Source: Callorhinchus milii
Lineage: Eukaryota
Reading direction: 5' to 3'
Assembly: GCF_018977255.1 (NCBI RefSeq)
Contig: NW_024704742.1
Coordinates: forward strand, 95,792,001-95,856,000
Length of the DNA: 64,000 nt
Shown: piece by piece, positions 50,516 through 62,484 of the stretch
How positions within the stretch are numbered: position 1 is the first letter of the stretch
How the letters are laid out: every line of letters starts with the position of its first letter
Notes under the pieces: generated by a model
Seen by the model: only the letters and a program-made list of their open reading frames with translations
The model's database searches: none
What the model was told of the DNA's origin: nothing
Made by a program: the position numbers and the translations under genes

Positions 50516-52706
50516 AATAGTGTCTTTCATGTGAGGAGAGCATCCCAAAGCACCTTCATGGGATATATTGTAAAGTGTAGTGACTGTATGTTTTGTGTGT
50601 AAAAGCACCAGGAGAAATAGTCTTTTGAAATAGTGCCAGGGGATTCTTAAATTCTGATTTAATTTGGAAGCCGTTTTCCTCAATTTTTAAAAGGAACTGT
50701 AGGAAACCAGATTCCAAAGAGTTTTTGAAAATTCTGCTTGATTTTAAATTTTAAGGCAACGATCTTAAGGTCAAGACAAGGTGAACTTGTATGCCTCAGG
50801 TCTCTTTCGAAGTGAATTTTATGGTAAAAACCAGCAGACTGTGCAATAAAATAAATTTAACATTTATTGAAAGACAATTACATTGAATACAGATTTATTA
50901 AAAAATTATTTTCTCGATTTGTTTGCCAGAAGACAAAGACCTGTTTCACCCTGATTATAACAACTTGCGTTATATTTGTTTATGATAAATTATAATGGAA
51001 AATCCCATTGTAAAGTTACAGCTTACTGATTGCTCAGTGGTGAATCTTGGAGCTGACATATGCAGAAACCCATCACTATGTTTAAGAGTATCCAAACCTG
51101 AGTGTGAGCACCACAAATGTACCACCTATACATGGAAATGTTTCACTTGTCTGGAATGCAATGCACACTCTCTCTCCAGAGGGATGCACCCTGCTTATAT
51201 AACTCCAGAGAGTATTAGGTGCTGATTAAGGAGAGCAAAAGCTTGGGGTCGATGGAGGATGCGTTGGGTTATTGCTTTAGTTAATCCAATAGTGATTGTG
51301 TAGCTTGCCATTGTTAGCACTGTCTGCAGATCTTCTTACTGTTTGTTCCAGTTAGGAGTACCCTATCCATTAGACAGGCTTTCAGATAGGCTTTGCGGAC
51401 CTCAACTTTAAATTCTAGCACACTTAGGGAGTGGGGGTTGTGTGGGAGGCAGTGCAGTATGAGATATGGTCATTATTGGGACGTCCTCCTGACGTGAAAG
51501 GCGCTATACAAATGTAATCTTGTTGTTGTTGTTATCACATTCTGCACTGCATTTTGTTCCCCAGTGTGGTGTTGGTGCACTACGAACTATGCTGGATAAT
51601 CTTATAGTCGAAAAATAGAGAAGAGCTGAATGTAGGAGCTGGGGCATCAGAATCTGTTGAGCCTTCACTGCTATTTTGTTAAATTATGGAAGATCTTTAT
51701 ATTTTTAATCCCATTTATGAACTCTGTCTCCATATTCCTTAAACCTGTACTTCCCAACTTCCTTCATTTTCCTTTTAACAAGAATTATCCTTGCATTTGA
51801 CATAGCATCTTTCACATCAGGACATTGTCTCAAAGCACTTCACAGGATTTACTCTAAAATGCAGTGACTGTGTATTCTATAGTCAAATTTCTGTCTCATT
51901 TGATTCCCCGTAACTACAGAGTAAAATGCACCATTTTGGTTTGTTTGTGCAATATTAAAATAAACACATAGAAACATTGATATTTTCTGTGCAGATCAGA
52001 CCATTTGACACATTGTTGTGTGCAAAACATTAGGAGTCTTAAAACAGAAAATATTTCCTTTAGTACGTGTACATTTTATTATAGGGATGATAATTTCCTC
52101 AATTAACCACCAATAAGACCCATATTGTGACTCAAGCAGTAGTGTGGTCTCATTTTGTGAAAGTCTGCTCAGGTGTCACACAATGTCTCAGTATCACCTA
52201 CAACCTATTCCGAGTTGTCACAGTTTTACTACAGTCGAACCACAGTACTAGGATTGACTGCTGCACAAAATTTATGTCTGTTGAGTCTAATGTGAGCAGT
52301 TGATACCTTTCAACCAGTCCTAGTCCAGCACTAAACGCCCTTCCATGATTTTCATAACTGGAAACGTAAGAGTTATTTTCAGCACTTTTTTAAAGGAAAT
52401 TCAACTATGTGGTGCACCCTCTGTGAATTATATTTGTGGCTCTGAAAGCATTCATTGATGTGCGGCCAGTTTTTCCTTCACAAATTCTGATGGTATATCA
52501 GCCTACACTTACATTTTTACATAGTCCCACTTCACACACACGCACACACATGCCTTCTCTTTCAGTAGCAGCTATTTTGCATGAAGAAATAACAAATATT
52601 ATTTTTAACATTCTCTGCCATTGCGGACAATACATTTATTTTCATAGGACTGATTAATTTTGAAGGATCATAAAAGGCTGATTTATAAACAGAATTTCTT
52701 TTTCAG

Positions 52707-52804
52707 GGTGCGACTCAAATTACCAGACCTTCGTCTGATAAATCTGCCTCCAGGAGGCACACTGGTGTCATGAGATGATGACGTCCCAATTATCTACACT
52801 ACAA
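52707..52804 (+). other. Candidate non-coding or terminal exon, 98 nt
   Basis: GCTGAT branch-like motif, tttcttttttcAG acceptor, CAA|GTATGG donor; stops in all frames. Confidence 0.33.
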
Positions 52805-53142
52805 GTATGGGTTTGATATGTATTTTACTATATTCAAAGCATGCAACAATCAATCTGATTTACATCTGACTCACCTGGCGATCAAAATTCCTTTACAAGA
52901 ATATAGCAGCCGTAAAGTGATTTACTCAATTCTGACACAAGTCCCTCTTGGAGCAGGAATCAAACTTCCTTACTCTTGGAAGAATTACCAACTGATGCAA
53001 TCATATATTAAACAGACATTAGCTTCAAAAAAAAGAAACCAGGGAATTTCTTTGTTTTGCTTAACAGAATGCAATAGTTATGTCCAAATTTATGAAGAAA
53101 TAACAAAATATATTGTTATATGTACATTTCAAGAGATCAACA

Positions 53143-53717
53143 AAATAATCCTTGCATAGGCACAATAGGCCGAATGGCCTCCCTCTGTGCTGTATTATTC
53201 TATGATTTGATATATTGTCTACAATGTCAAACAGGATATAGTGACTGTATGCAAACAAGGCAGCTAATTTGCTCATAGCAGTGTTCCACAACTAGCCATG
53301 GTGTGAATGATCAACTTAACCTGAGGATTCTTGGCCAGGACACTGGGAGAAACTACATTCTTTTGAATGGCGTCATGGGATCTTTAACGCTCATCTGATT
53401 GGGCAGATGAGACCTCAATTTAGCATTCCATCTAAAGCACTTTGACGATGCAGTGCTCCCCTCCTCGCTCCCTCCCTTCCCTCCCCTCCTCGCTCCCTCC
53501 CTTCCCTCCCCTCACCCTGACCATTTCCCCCTTGCTCGGGTCCTGACCCAACTGTACAGCGCCTTGGGACGTCCTCCCGACGTGAAAGGTGCTCTATAAA
53601 TGGAATCTTGTTGTTGTTGTTGTTGTTGCATTGAAGAGTCAGCCTGGACTTGGAGATAAATTCCTGCCACGGGGCTTAACCCCACAACTTTCTGGCTCCA
53701 AAGCAAGAATGCTACCA
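53143..53717 (-). mobile_element. Deu-domain SINE carrying nested CR1 3' tip (53157-53205, +) and L2 3' fragment (53455-53628, +)
   Basis: SINE tail, Deu core and head are collinear once the two inserts are removed. Confidence 0.8.
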
Positions 53718-54689
53718 AGAAGACACAGCAGCCTTGATCAGCTGCCTGAAAAAGATTTAAGGCATTAAACAGGTATATAGGAAACTAGTAAAGTGTACAA
53801 ACACATACTGTAGCAACTTCCAGTCAATCTGAATAAAATGAACATGTGTTCTAAATAAAAAACAAACTTTGCAATACTTTTCTAAAATTTGCAAGCTGTT
53901 GCTAACAGCGTTAACTGTATATTCCAAGATACTTGGAAGAATTCAGTTAAAGCTGACAGTAATCTTAATTGGTTTTAAAGCAACCCTAGAAATATAGATT
54001 ATCTAAAATAACAAATACCCAGGAGTCAGCCAAAGGCCAAAACCTGCCCCTTAGTTTCCAGTGATATTTAAGAACCATTCAAGCTCAGAATTCACAAAAT
54101 TCGAGTACACAAGATTTAAGTATTCACAACTTCAAACTTGAAATGTATGTCTGGTGAATTAAATATTTGGTGAGCAAAATGATGTGCATTTGAAGTTGTA
54201 GGCTCATGCAATTGCTGTGACTTTTCAGTTTTATGTGGAAAAACTAAGATCCATCACTTCATCACTTTAAGTCACTTCGGGCTTTTAATTCTATTCAGAT
54301 CTCATCCCTAACCTACCAGGATGCATGAGCAATTATATATTTTTAACATGTCCCAATGCACAATCAAATCAACATGTGCAGCAAATAAAGAGTACCTAAA
54401 TTTAAAACCTACATTTGCATTCACTGGTCATATTCGCCAAGCAAACATGCTCAAGACTGGAAAAAATGACTATGTTGCCAGCCAAGACAACCAATCTTTA
54501 TTTATAAATTTTAATAGTAGCATGGTTCCTTGTTTGTTTTTGCAGACTGCTTATTGTTGACTTGTTCAATCTGTTTGAAGTGTTTGCTTGTTTAAGCAAT
54601 GTTGTGAGTTTATTTCCGTTTTACTGTTTAATCCCAGGTTAAGGCGTTCTCCAAGACTCTCATTAGTAAATAAATCTCTTCATTAAGGG

Positions 54690-54830
54690 CACAGTGTGTT
54701 ACAACACTGTGCTTTCACCTGTGAGACTTGGCTTCAGATTCAGTCTAGCCAGATGGGACAAAGGTCTTTTCTTTCTGATGGCATTAAACTGAAATCAGTT
54801 TAGGCAGTTTCAATCCAGTTCAATATGTAT
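54690..54830 (+). mobile_element. LF-SINE-like relic
   Basis: CTTTCACCTGTGAGACTTGGCTTCAGATTCAG...TCTGATGGC...GAAATCAGTTTAGGCAGTTTCAATCCAGTTC. Confidence 0.55.
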
Positions 54831-55426
54831 CCATATATGAGTATAAAAAAGCAGAACTTGTATATTATTCCACTTGATCATGTTGAAATATCTAAAAATG
54901 TTTCAAAAGTAATTGCTATCAAGTGTGGTGACTGTTTATAGAAACAGTTACAGTATTTTCTGGCTGGTCCATGTGCTAATAATCCTTTGCTATAACAAGA
55001 AAGTTTGCTGTCTCTGGTTAGATCACCCTCAAATACTCAGTGATTTGTCCTACCCAGATGTTAAAAAAACATTGAAAAAATACCATGCTTTTGTTCACCA
55101 AATAGAGCTTTCAACACAAACGGAGCAGTCTCCAAGAATTGTCAATATTATGAACGTAATTTATGGAAGAATGTACAGAATATGTTGATGCCAGCTACTG
55201 GCATGAACACACATTTTCCAAGTATGGAAAAATAAAATGCAAGATGCCATGATAGGATCTCAAAGTGGATGCGTCTCTCCTATAACACAGGAAAAACAGT
55301 GACTGAGAACAAGGGAATTCTATAAGGCAGAACAATATCACTCAACTTCTAATGAGCATGACAAAAGAACAAAGTCTCTAAAGCCCCATTCTCCCCACCT
55401 TTCCATTGATTATTACTTTGCTACAG

Positions 55427-55534
55427 GGTAGAAACTGGGAATACAGTATGTCATTTGCTGGAACCTTCATTCAGAAATTGGTGTGTCTATTTATATAATG
55501 GAAATTCCTGTTTGGTCTTCTCTATAAGTGGCCG
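55427..55534 (+). other. Candidate exon, 108 nt, one open frame in phase 2-2
   Basis: ttactttgctacAG acceptor, CCG|GTAAGT consensus donor. Confidence 0.33.
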
Positions 55535-57761
55535 GTAAGTGACAATTTAAATTTAATGCATACCACAACACGGTATATATCTGACAAGTTACATTACAGG
55601 CTGCCAAAGAAATTGAAGCCGAAATTCCTCTGTTTATTGAAACCGGGTGTAAAGTCTCTTCAACAAACTTACCAAAATAATGTTAACAAAATTGCTCAAC
55701 ATTCCACAGTGCTCTGGACTGGGAAACATCAGTTTGGCACAGTTGCTGAAATTTGGAAGATAAAACTACAAAATGCCTATTATTTTCCAGTTTCCCAAAT
55801 GTGGAAATATAATCAGATTGGAAAGTACAGTAGATCTTTTCCAAGTTTTATTTATGGGAATACGTAAAAACGATTACGTTGTCATAACCAGATGGTAGGA
55901 TGAGGGCTCTTTTCTACTGTTGCCTAAGTGTTTGTATTCGCTGTCAAATAAAGTGTCCCTTCAAAGTTTACAGCACTGCACCATCCTATACAGATTACGC
56001 TGCTTAAAAGCCCCAAAGAGCTTACCTTACTATTATGCACAAGGCTTTGGGTCAACATTAATAGTGAATTGTAAAGAGGAACAAATAGATTTTTTGTTTG
56101 GAATATCTAAAAAAAGATACATTTGCTTCAAAATAAATTCATTTAAAGAAAAAAAATGTAAGTACTGTTTATAATGTTTTTGCCCTGCATTATTCAAGAG
56201 TGATAATGACATGATAACCGTACCAATTTTGGAGGATCAGCCAGGTGACTGTCACATGAAATCCATGCTTAAAGCTTGAAGACACCAGAGTGTGTGTTGG
56301 AGTATTGCTGGATTTAACCATCTAACACCACATAACATGGCACAAACAATACCCCATACTCCCCTTGTTATAGTTTTCTGATGAGACGTCATCTCTGTGA
56401 GCCTCTCTTCGTAATGTGGAGCTTGAATTCCCAGAATTCTTGTTTTTGCTCTGTCCCTGAACCCTGGCCAACATTTCAATGTTCTTCAAAATTACTACGT
56501 TCTCACCAAACAAGGTTAGAATAATATCTTTCAGCCTATGTTAAAATGCCTCCGAGATTCAGCGTAGTGCATGATTAGTTCTGTTGACAGCGGCTTCACA
56601 TTGATTGAAAACCTTTAGCGAGTGACCAATAACAGCACTCAAAATACTTTTTCCTCTCCACCTCTACTAACAGACATCGTTTTATTTGTGCATGTACACA
56701 TTTTTGTTCTAATATACATTGTCTTGCACTTTTCATGCTTATATATTGTTTTATTTGCTATTCATTCTTTTCTATTTTTCCTCATGGATCTTTTTACTTT
56801 TACAGATCACAGCCAGGTTCTTTCTATAATGGCTCCATCACCACCAACAATAATTTGCATTTATATAGCTCCCCTCGTCCAGTGTAGCATCCCAGAGTGC
56901 TTGACAGTGGTGCTTGATAACAGAACATCTGAGTAATAATAATTAATGATATTATCCAACAGGCCAACACAGTGAGTCTCAGATGCTACATTGAATTTAG
57001 GTATCTTTGCTATAGTTAAACAATCATTTTCTAATATATTCAAACAATGGTATATAATCACTATTCCCTCTAGATATTATTTGCTCTTTAAGTTCCCATG
57101 ACACAGACATGGACATATGGAAGATATACTGAAATGAGTAAACTTTGAACAAGATTTAAATGTGACCACACTCTGGCTGACGAAAACTAGTGGCATTGAA
57201 CCAGTGAATAAATCATTCTATCATCGAGTTTCTGACTTAGAGAGACATGAATTTGCGAGGTGAGCCAATGCACATGGTCGTGGTATTTTAGCTTAGCTGG
57301 AATATATGGTGAAACGTGACCCAGTTTGGGATGAGCATCTTTATTGTAACTTAGACAAGAAAATATTTGGGGAAGAAGATACAGAGTGAAGTCATTCATT
57401 TAATTGTTCATGAAATTGTAAAAACAAGTGTGACCCTGGTGAGGAAAGCAAAATATTATTCTTAGACTATTCCAGAGATGTCACTAAAAGTACATGTCCA
57501 CAGTTATTAGATTTGTGGATATATCTGGCAATGCAGCAACAATTCAGGAAATTCTGGCAGAGTTTTACAAGTGAATGACGACACTGAAAAGAATTAACAG
57601 AGGCATTTCTTCAGTCGCTGAAAGAACTGGTGTGAAGGTAAATGACTGGCCCAGTCAAGATTATGGGAATAGCAGTAATGTGAAAGGAAAGAGAGCCAGA
57701 ATCTGGTTGTGAATGACAAAGTTCATTGCTATACTAGTGCTGTTTAGTTTGGGCTGCTTAC

Positions 57762-58202
57762 AGAAGATCTATAATTTTTACTGCACCTGAACTTTTCACT
57801 GACAAGTCCTGAAAAGTATTGTTTGCTAAACGGTCTTCAGATACTGATTGGGAGTGTTGTATGGAGATTGTCAAGGGCTCTTTTTCTATTGCCTGGCTAA
57901 GTTTCAGAATGCTTTGCAAAAAATAGCAGAAGTTGTGAAGCCCAAAGATGCTGCTGCTTAAAGAGGTCAGAATCCTGCTGTCTGACCTGTTACCGTACAA
58001 ATCTATTGCGAGCCTTAAGATCTGGTGTAAGGTATTTGTTGAAGTGTACTTTGTCAGCAAGCTATTGAGGAATCCTTTACCCAACACTGTGCCTCTGATG
58101 TTACTTGGCACAACCAGCAATATGTTGCAGAGAGTGGAATTGATTGTGAACTGGTTAATGCTTGTGAGGTCATGAAAGAACTGGAAGTGTTGCTTGAAGT
58201 CC
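57762..58202 (-). CDS. Candidate 441-nt symmetric (phase 2-2) coding exon, unidentified Leu/Ser/Ile-rich protein
   Basis: 150-codon ORF with no LINE motifs; ACTAAC branch motif, pyrimidine tract and GAG|G acceptor; CT|GTAAGC donor at the ORF end. Confidence 0.38.
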
Positions 58203-58261
58203 CTCCACAAAGAAAAAGCAATTGAAGCAGTTAGTTATAGTATTTACCCACAAATAACACA

Positions 58262-58440
58262 CAGTAACACCACTTTCGAATACATCCTGTGAAGCGCTTT
58301 GGGACATCTCAACAACGTGCTAAGGTGCTATATCAAACACAAGGATTATTAATAATCCTTACATGTGATATAGTGCCTCTCATGTCAGGAGGACATCTCA
58401 AAGCGCTTCACAGGATATAATGTAAAGTGGAGTGACTGTA
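58262..58440. mobile_element. Two SINE tails fused tail-to-tail
   Basis: Perfect palindrome AAGGATTATTAATAATCCTT at 58341-58360 with complementary flanks. Confidence 0.85.
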
Positions 58441-59219
58441 TTTTTTTGGTGTCGGCATTTGAATATGAAGCAGAGGATTCAAAGTGGACTTCAATTCTTT
58501 CCTTGATAAGACAAAGGTCTCATGTGATGAGTATTACAGCAACTTTCAAAGTTTCAGCAAACTTTTGATTTTTCTCTAACAGCAAAACGCTCAAAAGTGT
58601 TCAGGAGAAACATTGAGAGAATAATGCGGTACATTGAAGAAAAACGAATAGACACGATAAGAACCTGAATCCCCAAGGGCAGCTCTGTACACTTAAAGCT
58701 TTCAGTGCCTAAAGGCAACATTTTGCCTTTCATTCAGCACTCACTGTGGAACTAGAAATTTCACTGAGTTTTAGCTTCTAAGATCATTTTGTTTTAAACT
58801 TTAAGATCACAGACATGTGGAAAACTTTTAAACCCATGTTTATTTGGCAAATAGTTTTATGGAAGTCTTAAAAAGACTGGCTTTCCTGCCAAATTAAGGT
58901 TGAATTTAATAATTTTCCACAATTCTGCAAGTATTATAACATACAATTTAGGATCATGTGGAAAAATCTTAAATTCACTCTTAATTTGGAAGCTGTTTTT
59001 TGAAGAAACTGAATTTAAGCATTTTGTAAAATTCTACCAGACTTAAAATCTATCCAACTAGTCATTCACCTCATGGCTGCTTGTGGGACCTGGCTATGCA
59101 TAATATGACTGACACATTTTGAAACAATAAACAGTCACTACATGTGGCAGGAATTGCTATAAAATCCATTGAGATGTTTTAGCGTTTTTGGCGCTATAAA
59201 AAATGAAACTTCTCTACCA

Positions 59220-59534
59220 GACCACTAAATGATTTCAGAAGTTGGTCTTGTCTTAAAGGGTTTAAGGCCCCAAATTCTATCTAGGCTTAGACTGGAAGAA
59301 CATTTTGTCTTAAAATGTAAGATTGCATAGAGTTGTAGAAAAAATCTTAAATTCAGTATTAATTTGGAAGCTTTGTTTATTAACTGTGGAAAACTGTCGT
59401 CCAAATTAAGACTGAATTTTTAAAAAATCCATAAACTTGCACAATCCTACATTTTGAGACAAAACGTTCAACCAGGCCAAGACCAGGAGAAATTTTTGTA
59501 TCACAGTCCATTAAGACGACACTGGTAAACGGTC
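59220..59534. mobile_element. Fold-back (MITE-like) element with long imperfect inverted arms
   Basis: 59298-59325 vs 59442-59469 complementary at 25/28; 59349-59368 vs 59400-59419 at 19/20. Confidence 0.8.
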
Positions 59535-60059
59535 AATGTTTGGTTCATATAGTGACGTGTCCAGGATTCCAGTGTGGCTCCTCTGAGATTGACAATTTAG
59601 TGCAAAGTTAAGGCCGTTTTGTGCTCTGAACCCACATCCAAAGGAACAACAGTATATAGGGACTATAGCCAGGTTCAATCAAAAAGGGCTCTTACAGTCA
59701 GACTTTCAAACTGTCGTTATTGGCTAGATTCAAACTCCCACTACATTACTTGGTCCCCTTTGAGGTTTTAAGGTGGAAACTAGTGGCTTTACATCAAGGA
59801 AAAGCCGTAGAACTCCATGTTGTAACATAATGGGTGGTCATCTTGCATGACCATCGTGTTTCATTGCAGCACTGGTATCATACAGGGAGGATTTCTGGTT
59901 CTGGTGTGGTGCACACTTACTTCAATAGCATTTTGGCTGAAGAAAGCCATTGTGCACAATGTTCTTCAAGGTCAGAAATCATTTTAATATTGCAGTTCTT
60001 TGTTTTGTTGGGGCTATGGTACGGTATGGATGAATCTTCTGTAGTTTCTGATAACAAAT

Positions 60060-60310
60060 AAAAATAATAATACTTGCATTTGATATAGCATCTTATCACG
60101 TCATCGAGATGTTTCAAAGTGCTTCAAAGGAAATACTGTAAAGTGCTGTGACTCTGCGTATTTTGTGGGCAGACACAGCAGCCAATTTGCCTACAGCAAT
60201 AGCCCACAAATAGCCAAGAAGTGAATGACCAATGTTCTTAGTGGAATTATTGGTCAGGACACTGGGTGAAACTCTCTCTTTTTGAATAGTGCTCTAGGCT
60301 TTTTAGGGAC
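60060..60310 (-). mobile_element. SINE 3' half (Deu-type body, L2 tail)
   Basis: (AAT)n ACTTGCATTTGATATAGC...GCAGCCAATTTGC...CAGGACACTGGG. Confidence 0.8.
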
Positions 60311-61819
60311 CTTGCTTAATCTAGTTTGTTAAAAATAAAAATAACTTAAAAATAGTTTTGAAATCAGGGGATGTTTCCAAATACCTTTCATAGACCTTTC
60401 CTCGGGAGTAAGTGCATGGAGTAGACTCTGTGGTAAGGTACAATTTTTGGATATTGTCTATTTGGATTGTCCATTAAAGTAGCAAGCTTCATGACCTTTT
60501 CTCATGCCATGCTTTCCCATGTTCTTTTGTATAACGTTCTGTATTTTAACTGCATTCTGCGCTTCTGTGAATAAATTAATGTAATAATGATGATAATAAT
60601 AATCCTTGCACTTGATATAGTGCATTATCACTTCTTCCAGATGTCTCAAAGCGCTTCATAGCATATATTATAAAGTGAATTGGCTATATTTTGTGGACAA
60701 AATGTAATTACCGTGATCTGCATTCTTATGTAATCATTTCTGTCGGGATATCGGATTAATGTCTGATCCGAAGGACGGCACCTCTGACAAAGCAGGGTTC
60801 ACCTAGCAATGTACCATCATTATTGAATAATATTTACATTTCAAAGGGCAACCCGCACCTTTAATACTACACCACAAACTATTACGATTGCAGTTAATTC
60901 TCAATTGCCACTTGTGGGCTCACATTTCTCTAGAAAAGTGCACTGATCTCTGTTGAGCTTTTGATGTCTGTCCAATGGCTTCTGCTTACTGACCAGTTTA
61001 TTTTAGAACATCAATGCAGCTTTAACATCACCTCAATATGTCTTCTGGCAAAGTCAAAGAAAAATCAAAGCAAGTCCAACATCATTTTAAGACGGAACAT
61101 TTTAAGAAGAAAATGTATAATCAGCCATGGTTTGCGGCCCTGTGATGATTTAAAGCTGCTCGGAGCTATCAGTTTAATTGCCTTTCAGAACAAACCAGAC
61201 CGATGGAAGACTCAGGTGACACTACTGCACTGGAGCCGTGTTTTTCAACCTTTTTGAGACCAGGGCGCCTCAGGTCTTTTTTAAACCATTGGCAGGAGAG
61301 GGAGCAACCATGAGGTTATCACTGGTGATAATTATCACATTGTCGTTTGCTTTCTACATCTGACAAGTTCCCAATCGATCATCAAGTGGACAGAGGCAAA
61401 CAACCCCCCTCTTCCTCTCGACTTTATGAAAATGGTTGGGCCCAAAGCCGCTGTTAGAAGCTTTTGAATTGGCCGCACAGCACCTGTGAATCTGCTGCCT
61501 GATCTGAGCATTTCAGAGCTACTTGACAGAGCACTCTGTCTTCACTCAGCAGTAATAAGATTGGTCACTTGGATGAGATATTAGGCCCCTGTATAATGAA
61601 GGAGGGATTTACTTGGAGGTGTTCAATCACTTAGACTCCCTGTTCTTCTCTGTGAAATGTTTCAAAACTTTTCATACCTGAAAGGCACTATGTATGTTAT
61701 GAAAGGCGTCGTTGTTCTTGTTTGTGAAGAGAAGATGCCCAGGTTTGAATAGTGTAGATGTGGAGACAGATAAATGCTCTTGAGATTTTATTTTGCTTGA
61801 TTGTCTTCAGGTTCAGCGA

Positions 61820-62125
61820 GAGTCTGCACTTTCAGAAGTTGAGAGTTTTTTTGCACAACTGTGCAAACTGTTGTGGGTTCAAGCTCCCGTCTTATCACGG
61901 TTTTGCAGCACACAGAACTTTAGGCTGACACTGCAGTGCAGTGCTGGGAGTGTGCCTCATTGTCAGAGATGCCATCCTTTGGATGAGAGGTTGAAACTGA
62001 GGCTCCATCTGCCTGTTTAGGTGAACATTAAATATCCCATAGCACAATTTGAAAAGAAGTGAAAATTTAACCTGGTGTCCTGGCCGGCCGTTTCCCAGAA
62101 CAAAATTGGCCATTTGTGGGACATT
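61820..62125 (+). mobile_element. Deu-domain SINE, truncated by the following SINE
   Basis: GGCTGACACTGCAGTGCAGTGCTG...GCCATCCTTTGGATGAGAGGTTGAAACTGAGG...GGTGTCCTGGCC. Confidence 0.82.
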
Positions 62126-62127
62126 TT

Positions 62128-62484
62128 AGAGTCCTGTCGTGGAGTAGATAGTGCGCTTGCCTCGCAAACGAGAGGACCTGGGTTCAATTCACAGGCAGGG
62201 CAATACCTTCGGTAAGTTTCCTTTCTCTTTACGCCTCTGTTTACCTAGCATGAAGTAGGAACATAGTTGTTAATCGATTGGCAGATTACTTTCCTGGAGA
62301 GTAATATTCCTTCAAAAAAAAATTGATAAATTAATCCACGGGGACTCTGCTGTATGCTGTTGGTTGTTGCATTTTACCCACAAAGTGTACAGTCAATTCA
62401 TGTTACAGTATATTCTGTGAAGCGCTTTGAAACGTCTCAAAGATCTTGTGAGACGCTATATCAAATGCAAGAATTATTATTATT
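62128..62484 (+). mobile_element. Full-length tRNA-derived SINE, long variant
   Basis: GAGTCCTGT head, GGTTCAATTC B box, CCTCTGTTTACCTAGCA central block, (ATT)n tail. Confidence 0.85.

Noticed and set aside
57762..58202. Assignment to ABCA12/ABCA13
   Set aside because: Only compositional resemblance; none of the conserved downstream ABCA exons are visible in the remaining 57 kb
61236..61265. hAT/Charlie-like terminus CCGTGTTTTTCAACCTTTTT
   Set aside because: No matching opposite terminus or 8-bp TSD found
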